A stretch of 64,000 nt of DNA from Candidatus Nanoarchaeia archaeon (lineage in GTDB: Archaea > Nanobdellota > Nanobdellia > Jingweiarchaeales > Jingweiarchaeaceae). Positions 52,194 to 61,300 of this stretch are shown in pieces; positions within the stretch are counted from its first letter, which is position 1, and each line of letters opens with the position of its first letter. The notes under the pieces are model-generated. The model was given only the letters and a program-made list of their open reading frames with translations. It made no database searches and was not told the DNA's origin. The translations under genes and the position numbers were made by a program. Where the stretch lies: the NCBI GenBank assembly GCA_038874075.1, contig JAVZDD010000001.1:8701-72700 (forward strand), read 5' to 3'.

Positions 52194-54023
52194 ATGAATA
52201 AGAAACTGATCTTATTCTTAATGATCTCTTTTTCATTTATTTTGATTAATCCAGTTTACGCTGCATCAAAGTCCAAGACCTATTCTTTTCCTTCGATTTA
52301 TATTAACTTGAATTTACAAGAAGATGGTTCTATCATCGTTGCACAAAACAGAACTTATCTTTTCAAAGGAAGTTTTTCCTGGGCATATCTGGATTTTTTA
52401 AAGAAAGGTGCAAAGGACATTGATCTGATCGGTATTTACAATCCATATACGGGTGAGCTATACAGATACAATGTGGAAGAAGATTCAACACACTTGAAGG
52501 TGACTTGGTATTACACTGCAAGCAATGAACTCAAAACGTTTCTCATCGTTTACAAGATCATTGGTGCTGTGAAGAGATATGAGGACGTTGCTGAGTTTTA
52601 TTGGAAAGTGATTGAGGATCAGCATCCATATATTAACAATCTTTACGTGAATGTCACACTTCCAAAATCAAGTTCAAAGTTGTTCAAGATATTTGTGCAT
52701 GGTAAGGGAACACCAGGTGATATCAAATTTTCAAAAGACAACAGTTCAGCAATTGTAAGCTATCGCAACATACCACTGGACACTTTTGTTGAATTTAGAA
52801 TTCTTGCTTCACCAGACATTTTTCCAGACGTCCCATTAATAAATCAGAAGGCATATGAAAAAATCTTGGAGGAAGAAAAAACAAATTTCATTCTTAGCTC
52901 TATTGCCCCGCTACTTTTATTCATCATCCTGCCTTTATGCATGGTTATATTATACATCTATTATTACAAGAAGTATGGTACTGAATACAAGGTTGAGTAT
53001 GATCTCAAATACGATCCTGAGATACCAAGAGACATTCCTCCATTGGCGCTAGTGAACTTTTTTGAGGAAGAAAAAGAAGCACCGATCAGTCTAGCAGCAA
53101 GGGCATTCTTAGCCACAATATTTGATCTTGCAAGGAGAGGGTACATTGAAATAATTGAAGAGAAGAAAGAATCACTTTTTGGTTTAATTAAAAAAACAGA
53201 GCAACGATTTGTATTAACGAACAAAGGTAGAGAAGCTTATTATTCAAGATTGACTCCTCCCCAGCTCCTGCCATTCGAAAAGGATGTACTCCATTTATTA
53301 TTTACAACGATTTCAGAAAATGGAAATGAAGTTACAAGTACTGATATTACAGAATGGTGCAAGAAACACCCCCATCTGATACAGGGTAGGATTAAGAGCT
53401 TAGATGAGAGCGCGAGACATTGGTTCGAGCAAAATTATTTCAAAATATATGAGAGTGTTAGCGAGAAGAAGAGAGAAAAATATATATTATTCTTTACTGT
53501 TAATTTTACGATTCTAACTTTACTTTTCTTCTGGATATTGTTACCTAACATCCGCATACTCATTCAAGGTCTAATACTTGGACCATTTCTGGGTTATTTT
53601 ATTGGTAAGGCAATTACAAGGCCATTATCAAGACATACAAGGGAAGCGATGCTTGATAAAAAGAAGTGGGAAGCATTCAAAAGATACATTTCTGATTTTT
53701 CAGCAATGGAAAGCGCTCCATCTGTATTGATTCATCTCTGGGACAAATACTTGGTCTATGCAATTGTTTTGGGAGTAGCTGAGAAGTTACTTGAAAACAT
53801 AAAGAGATTGAGTGAGGAGAGAAATATCACATTCACACCTGTTGTTTGGTATCGTGGAACAACACCACTACACATAGGAGCCATGTCTCCTCAAGCCTTT
53901 TCCTCCTTCATTAGTAGCATGTCAGGTACAATAAGCTCCCTCAGTTCAGCTTCATCTGTTGGCGGTGGATTTGCTGGTGGGGGCGGTGGAGGTGGAGGTG
54001 GGGGTGGGGGTGGAGCTGGATAG
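52194..54023 (+). CDS. DUF2207 family membrane protein
   Basis: Signal peptide, DVAEFYW, A.IFDLARRG, W..F..Y, LWDKYLVYA.VLG, poly-Gly C-terminus. Confidence 0.92.
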   Translation: MNKKLILFLMISFSFILINPVYAASKSKTYSFPSIYINLNLQEDGSIIVAQNRTYLFKGSFSWAYLDFLKKGAKDIDLIGIYNPYTGELYRYNVEEDSTHLKVTWYYTASNELKTFLIVYKIIGAVKRYEDVAEFYWKVIEDQHPYINNLYVNVTLPKSSSKLFKIFVHGKGTPGDIKFSKDNSSAIVSYRNIPLDTFVEFRILASPDIFPDVPLINQKAYEKILEEEKTNFILSSIAPLLLFIILPLCMVILYIYYYKKYGTEYKVEYDLKYDPEIPRDIPPLALVNFFEEEKEAPISLAARAFLATIFDLARRGYIEIIEEKKESLFGLIKKTEQRFVLTNKGREAYYSRLTPPQLLPFEKDVLHLLFTTISENGNEVTSTDITEWCKKHPHLIQGRIKSLDESARHWFEQNYFKIYESVSEKKREKYILFFTVNFTILTLLFFWILLPNIRILIQGLILGPFLGYFIGKAITRPLSRHTREAMLDKKKWEAFKRYISDFSAMESAPSVLIHLWDKYLVYAIVLGVAEKLLENIKRLSEERNITFTPVVWYRGTTPLHIGAMSPQAFSSFISSMSGTISSLSSASSVGGGFAGGGGGGGGGGGGGAG

Positions 54024-54129
54024 GTAAGTAGATGAACGAGTTGATATAAGTATATTATATTCATTCTAATTCAGCGCTTCTCGTGATCTTCCTTTCAATT
54101 TTAATAACAAATTTAAACAAAGAAAAAGT

Positions 54130-55269
54130 TTATTCTTCTTTCTTCTTCTTGTAGAAGATTAGGTAGATTGCGTACACCACGACCAAGAACAGTACTAATG
54201 CACCTAAATTTGCAGGTTGTAACGCTCCTACGAAAAATCCAGTTGGCGCTACTTCTTCAGATGCTGGTGTGATTACTAACCCAGTTGTTCCTGGAGCACA
54301 GGTACCACAATCTTCCGCGCAGCTATCACAACTTTCCCCATTCTCACATATCCCATTACCACAAACAGCTAAGCAATCATTATCACTTAAAGAATTACAA
54401 TTAACTGGGCAACATCCATCTCCATTTGCACATGTAGTGATGGGTATGTTTGAACATGAAGCTATGCATGTGTTCGGATAATTGCAGACATCTAATGTGC
54501 ATGCATTGTTATCAACACAATCTAAATCCGATGTACAAAGTGGAGTAACACAAATACTGTCACATCTTATTTTCCCCTCCTCACAAGGTGGAATGCATGG
54601 TCTTGTCTCAGTTTCATTCGGTTTGTTCTTGGTTGTGTTGCAATTATTTAAGTCATTACATGTTCTAGTTCTTGTTTGAACATTGTTTATGCAATCTGAC
54701 CAGTCTGACCAACTTGTACATGTCCAATTCTCTTGGCATGGTGGTGGAGGTGGGGGTGGAGGCGGAGGTGGACAAGTTCCACAATCTTGAGGACAAGATG
54801 AGCATGTCTCTGCACCATTACAAGATCCATCTCCACAGTACGGTGTAGGTGGAGGACAAGTTCCACAATCTACTGGACAATTTGAACATGTTTCACCAGA
54901 TTCACATACACAATTACCACATTTATTTGTTGTAACAGTTAGGTTCAAATTCATCAAATTACCTGAATAACAAATTTGTGGTGCTTCATTCACACAGTAT
55001 CCTGCAACTTTAAAAGTAACAGTTTCATTAACCGCATCCACTTGCAATCCGTAATAACCTTGACCATTCCAAGTAATCGTATTAAAACTTGATTTTAATA
55101 CACCGTTCACATATGCTGCTACTAATGTGCCATCAGGAACCGGATTTCCATCAATAGAGGCATAACCTTCAAATGCACAAGGTATTGCAAAAGCACTAGA
55201 AATACTAAAAACCACCAATGCAATCAAAATTGCAATTAAATCCTTTTTTTTCATTTTGACCCTCATCAA
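54130..55269 (-). CDS. Cys-rich membrane-anchored surface protein (TSP1-like module, CGxGxC repeats, poly-Pro linker)
   Basis: Signal peptide; three CG[ND]xxC..ExC..CxxDC repeats; WTCTSWSDWSDC..QTRTRTC; PTGFF plus TM and basic tail. Confidence 0.85.
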   Translation of the reverse strand: MMRVKMKKKDLIAILIALVVFSISSAFAIPCAFEGYASIDGNPVPDGTLVAAYVNGVLKSSFNTITWNGQGYYGLQVDAVNETVTFKVAGYCVNEAPQICYSGNLMNLNLTVTTNKCGNCVCESGETCSNCPVDCGTCPPPTPYCGDGSCNGAETCSSCPQDCGTCPPPPPPPPPPPCQENWTCTSWSDWSDCINNVQTRTRTCNDLNNCNTTKNKPNETETRPCIPPCEEGKIRCDSICVTPLCTSDLDCVDNNACTLDVCNYPNTCIASCSNIPITTCANGDGCCPVNCNSLSDNDCLAVCGNGICENGESCDSCAEDCGTCAPGTTGLVITPASEEVAPTGFFVGALQPANLGALVLFLVVVYAIYLIFYKKKKEE

Positions 55270-55325
55270 CTCAATTATTTTCTTCTTTTTAAATGTTTTT
55301 GATTACCATAAAAAAGATAAAAAAT

Positions 55326-58300
55326 TTATTCTATCTCTAACCTGTCACCCTGTGTCATATATATCCAGTATGGTCTATTTTGTTGGTCATTAAATTCAGT
55401 CAATGCCCATGGTAGTGGTGGTGGGTTGTTGCCCCATTCTGGATTGTAATACTTCCACATCGTTCCATCATAATACCATATCACTGTGTAATTCCCACTT
55501 ATTGATTCAAGCACATTCCAAACCGAGTAATCGCCACCCAACGAATCAATGTCTTCCAAGACCAGTCTTGGTAGGAAGAATCCATTCCATCCTGCATGTA
55601 GATTAATCGTTACATTGTAGTTCCCAGTTGTATCGAGCACGAATATTATCATTTCTGAATTTGTCATCACGTTTCCTGCAACATCCTTACATTTCACGTG
55701 ATATGCATACATCCCATCCTGCAATCCTGATAATTCATAGTAATGGTAAGTGCCATCTCCTTCTAATGTGTTCATTATGTAAGCCATTGTATCATATGAC
55801 CTACTCAAAACATCGAACTTGCATGTTGCTGGTTCATTTGTGAATACTTGCAACATAATACCTTCGCTTCCATCCAAGATTCCGCCTGGCGCTGAATTTA
55901 CGATCTCTGGTGGTGTAAAGTCAATTGGTACTCCTCTCTCTATTCTTCTCGTCACATTCCATCCTGCATTGTCTCTTATATTTATGTCCAACCAGTTACC
56001 TCCGCCGAGCGTGGTAATCACATAACAATATCCAATTTTTGTCAATGAATTGAAGTAACAAAGTGGGGGCAATGTGGCGTCTGTACTGTAGATTGGTTCT
56101 TGCAATCCTGAACTAGGTGTTAGATCAGTTATTGTGAAGTTCACAAACCAACCTAACATTGGTACGCTGTACTGTGTATCGGGTGTAATTGAAGGTGCAT
56201 ATGTATCAACAAACACATTCACATGCTCCGACCAGGTTGTCTTTCCAGCTTTGTCAACTGCTCTAACTCTGTAAGTGTGCATTCCATCTGAACTTACACC
56301 TGTGTAAGGTGATGTTACACTATTGACAATACTTCCATCAACTTCAATGTCAAACCTATCAAAGTTCGTGTCACTCCCACCGTTCCATATTACTTTATAA
56401 TCTCCATCTCTATCATACGGTGGATTATCAACATTCTGTGTTCCTATATTCACTGGTTGTGGTAGATAATTGTCTATCTTAACAACACCCCAAGCTATGT
56501 CATTTTTTCCATTTCCTGCCTTGTCATACACATAAACTTCCAAATGATAAGTGCCTTCTGGGGTACTTTCATAGATTGGAACCATGTATGTGATTGGTTC
56601 TGTTCCAGCATAGCATCTATACAACATGCTTGAATCTTCACTATCAATGTGACCAACAATTGTTCCTCCTCCACCTGTGAATACCATTATCTTAAAGCTC
56701 TTAGGATTGTCCTCTTTACATAAGAAGGAAACTTCTAACATCTCACCTGCTTTCTTCCAAACTGGTGTCAGTGGACTCTGTATCTCAACGGATGGCCACA
56801 CATTATCATATGTAAATCTAACATCTCTTGATTTCAAGCTATTTCCAAGATTGTCATAAGCGACTGCATATATCGTGTAGGTATCGGTCTGTTCTGGCAT
56901 CCATGTGATCATCCAACCATCTTGCTGTGAATCATCTAATCCTATTAGTTCTGGGTATTCACTTTCGTCTTCTCCATAAACCATCCTGTAGAACTCAACT
57001 CTTTCAATTCCGCTAACTGCATCAGCAGTTACGGCTTCTATTTCTATTGCAGCTTCGGAACCGCTTATATATTCATTATTGAGTGGTCTTATTATCGCAA
57101 CACTTTCTGGTTCTCCATTATCAACGATGACGATCACTTGTTCCGAATATCCTGTGTTTCCTACGTTGTCTGTCAATCTCGCAATTATACCATATGCCAA
57201 ACCATCTGTTGCTGTGGTCGTGTCCCATGAGTATGTACATTTATATTCATAACCAGGACTCGGACCTATGTATTCACAATCACTAACTTCATTCCATGTT
57301 TGTCCATTGTCTGTTGAAATTTCTATCTTCATCGGTTCTGGCACATTTGCTTCATCTACCAAAACTTGTATGTCAATTGTTCCTTTCACAAACATGTTAT
57401 TTTCTGGGTATTGAATTTCCAATGCTGGTGCTATTGTGTCAACATTTACCATGACCGAATCACTTCCAATATTTCCTGCATTGTCTGCTATTTCAACTTT
57501 CAGCTCTTGCTCTCCTTGGGGCAGTTCCTTATCGTTCGGTACCATTATCGTTCCATAACACATTCTATTCGTATTATCGTATGGTACGGATCCTAATGAT
57601 ATGCCACCAAGTGTTATATAGCAAGGTGTACCTGTTGTTATCCCTCCTGTAACTTGTCCTTCATACGAATCTAAAATATCTGCACTTATTTGGATCGGAT
57701 GACTACCTAAAAGATCATTTTCAAATGGTAAAGTTACCTCCACTTCTGGCGCATGATTGTCTATGCCAATCTTCGGTAAGTTCCAGATTGTTACTATATC
57801 TTGGATTACATCTGCTATGCAAGTTGGTGGACAGTTTTCCATGTATCCATCTTCACATCCGCACTGCATCATAATTGAGTGATATACTTCTCCTAAGCTA
57901 TTTCCCATGTTTCCAAGATTGTCATCAACTGAGACAGCTAAAAACACTACACCATCTGGTATCCCACTTGGATTTGGTATGGTTGCATAACCTTGACATT
58001 CTTTTGCTTCAGCATTATATACGAGTGTTCCATCCGTCTCAAGTTCTACGATCTTAAATTCTGGTAACAAATCAATCAAGTAAGCATAGCACTGCCTACC
58101 ATCTTCTATCCCAACATTGCACATTCCACTTAATGGATTTTCACAAGGTCCGTGTGGATTTGTCAAGTCTTCTGCTAATGTTACGATTGGTATATCTTCT
58201 CCGTCAGAATACCAACCATCAACTGGTTTCAAAATTAGGATGTGCGGTGGTGTGTTGTCTACTTTATGATATTGCACATGTTCTTGTTCAACATTGCCAA

Positions 58301-61300
58301 GCGCATCCTCAGCATACCACCTTATCTCATGTAAGCATTCCTCTCCTAAATAGAATGTTGTTTTAAGATTGCAATTCTCATCTGTGTAGATATCCTTTTC
58401 CTCTATTTTTGTATCAACTTCACCATCACAGTTTGAATCCCACCATATCTCATAATGTAATTTCTCAGGTCCTGCAGCACACATTTCTTGTTTATCGAGA
58501 GCTGTTAATGTTATTGGTGTTTGGGATGTTATCCAGTAACCATTATCCCATTGGGGTTGTCCGATGCTCTTGGTTGTTTCTGGCGGTGTGGTATCCACTC
58601 TCTCAACTTGTGTATGTGTATCTTCTTTATTTCCCAATGCATCTACACAATACCATTCTAGGGTGTGTTTGGAATCTTCACTATATTGTATTGGCTCTGT
58701 GTACAAAGTCCAATCTTGCTTCAACACATCATCCAAGTAGTATCTATAGTAGATTTTTACATCATCTACTGGATGTGGTGATTGGTCTTCACACGTCAAT
58801 ACTATCTTTGTGTTTTGTTTTATGTAATAGTCACAATCTCCTGAAGCAGCACAAGGTAATTCATCGCAAGGTTTGCTAAACCCATCGAAGTACTTTGTTG
58901 AAACTGGTGGTTTGTTATCAACATAAACACATTGTCTTTTTGTTTGTTCAGTCTTATCAACATTATCAACGGAATAAAACTCTATTAAGTGGCAGGAATC
59001 TTCTGTGATTTTGAACGGACCAGTATAGGTCAACCAATCTCCTGAACCAGTTGCATCTTCGCATGCTGTTTGGCTCTCACAATAAGTATCATCAACTAAA
59101 GTCACTCTATACTTTGTTTCCTTTATTCCTGATTTGTGAGGTCCTGTGTCCTCAACTGTTAATGTGATTGGAGTTTGCGATGTAATCCATTTCGGATAGC
59201 CACCTTGTCCTTCAACTAGTGGTTGACCATACGTCTTGGTTGTTGTTGGTGCTGTCTTGTCAACATAGAATACCTCCACATCTTCTATCATTTCATTTCC
59301 TAATGCATCCCAGCATCTTATGTGGAGTTCATGTTTGGTTTCTTCTGGGAAGCTTATCGGGAATTTATCATACCATCCGTAAAATTTCTGATAGTCATCA
59401 TCAAGATAATAACCCCACTCACAGTAGACACCGCCTACATTGCAACCTCTCCCTGTTGGATCTGGATCTGTCATTTGTACATCTATAGTTGTAATACCAT
59501 CGATAAAGCAGACATCATTTGGATTTTGTGGCAAGCAATCTCCATGATGAGGACCTACTATTGTCTTGGTTATTTCTGGTGGGACTGAATCGACTCTGAA
59601 GTATTCAACATCAACTTGGTTTTGATTACCAAGTGCATCCACACAATAATATTCTAAATCATGTAATGAGTCTTCTTGGAATGTGAAAGTGTATTTGGAT
59701 TCTCCAGACACATCAGCACAGCAATAATCACCTTCCATTGTTCCTCCAAATTGAGTACAGTATTGAGTTGTTAACCATGGTTGTTGTGGATCATCGAATG
59801 ATATTCTATAGCACATCTTCTCATGGTCAACTGGATGTGGTACTTGGTTATCCCAGCTGTCGTCGCAATCCAAGGTTATTGTTGTTACTTTGTCACTAAC
59901 CCAGTAATCGCAATTCTTAATATTAGTTATTTCTATATCGTCCACATACCAACCTTCATAATTGTTAAACAACGAATCTATTGTATCAAACCTGAACTTT
60001 ATTTTTACATTTTTTCCTGTATATGCGGACAAGTCAATCGTTACTTGACGCCATTGGTCTTCTGGGCCGGTTGAAGTCCAAACTTTAACCCAACCTGAAC
60101 CGTCATTCACGTAAACTTCTCTTGCATCGTAAGGAGAAAGTTTCTCTGTATTTTCATAGCTCCAGAATGTCAATTGTGAATTATCACCTAAGATAATGTC
60201 TTTTGAGATCAACTCTCCAGAATTTTCAAAACCTGTATCATAATTGTGGTCTGATTCTTTATTGTAAGCCCAGCTGTGAGTTGGACTGTGACTTCTGTAT
60301 TCAGTTATGTGCCACAAGCCTGTGGCAGTCCATTCACCTGCTCCGTTTTCTACATTATCACTAAAGGTTGTTGATTCACATTTTATCTTTGGCTCTCCAA
60401 TTGTTTTTATTCCCTGTGGTGGGACTGAATCAACAATGTCATATTCCACATGCAACTGCTCAGTATTGCCCAATTCATCCACACAGTACCACTCTAATAC
60501 ATGAGCTGAATCTTTTTCTTTATATATCACCAAAGGTTCATTGTCGTATACAACATATTCCTTGAAATCTCCTGGCTGTTCTCCTACAAGGTAGTCTCTA
60601 TAATATATTTTGACATGATTTACTGGATGTGGATCTTGATCTGAGCAACTAACTGTTATTAGAGTTTTTTGTGTTATGAAATAGCATCCGTCGGTTGGAT
60701 TTGGCATATTTGGATAATACAATGCTTGCTCGTCTGATGTGCAAGCATGCTTAGGATTGTCTAATGTTTTTTGTGAAACTGGTGGTTTAGTATCAACTAT
60801 GTCCAATTCTACATGTTCGCTTTCTTTGTTACCTAAAGCATCAACACAGTACCAAGTAAGTCTGTGATAGGATTCATAATTTGGTAAATCTTCGTAATAG
60901 AATTTAATATAATTACCAACAGTTTCTTCTTTTACAGTTTGCCAATTATCTTCCCAATTCATCTTCCATTCAATCTTATAGTGAATCTTCACGTCATCTA
61001 CTGGATGAGGTTGTTGATCAGCGCAAGAAAGTTCTATAGGGGTTTCGTCTGTCATAAACCAGCAATCGTTGATTCCGTACTGCGTCTTTTCTTCTTGTGT
61101 ACACTCATGTTTTGGGGTTCCTAGTGATTTCTGTGAAACAGGAGGTGTGTTCTCGACGAATACACATTGAGTTTTTATTGGTTCTTTGTTTCCAAGCAAG
61201 TCAACACTATAATATTCTATCATGTGACACGACTGCTCAGTTTTGTAGAAAGGTCCTGTATATTCGTTCCATCCTTCACTTTCATAGCTGTGAATGGGTT

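Noticed and set aside
53960..54020. G-rich tract with G-quadruplex potential
   Set aside because: It encodes the poly-Gly tail typical of DUF2207 proteins. The G-runs near 54740-54770 likewise encode poly-Pro on the minus strand.
50647..54023. lemA-htpX-DUF2207 cluster as a novel system
   Set aside because: This is a widespread, known gene association.
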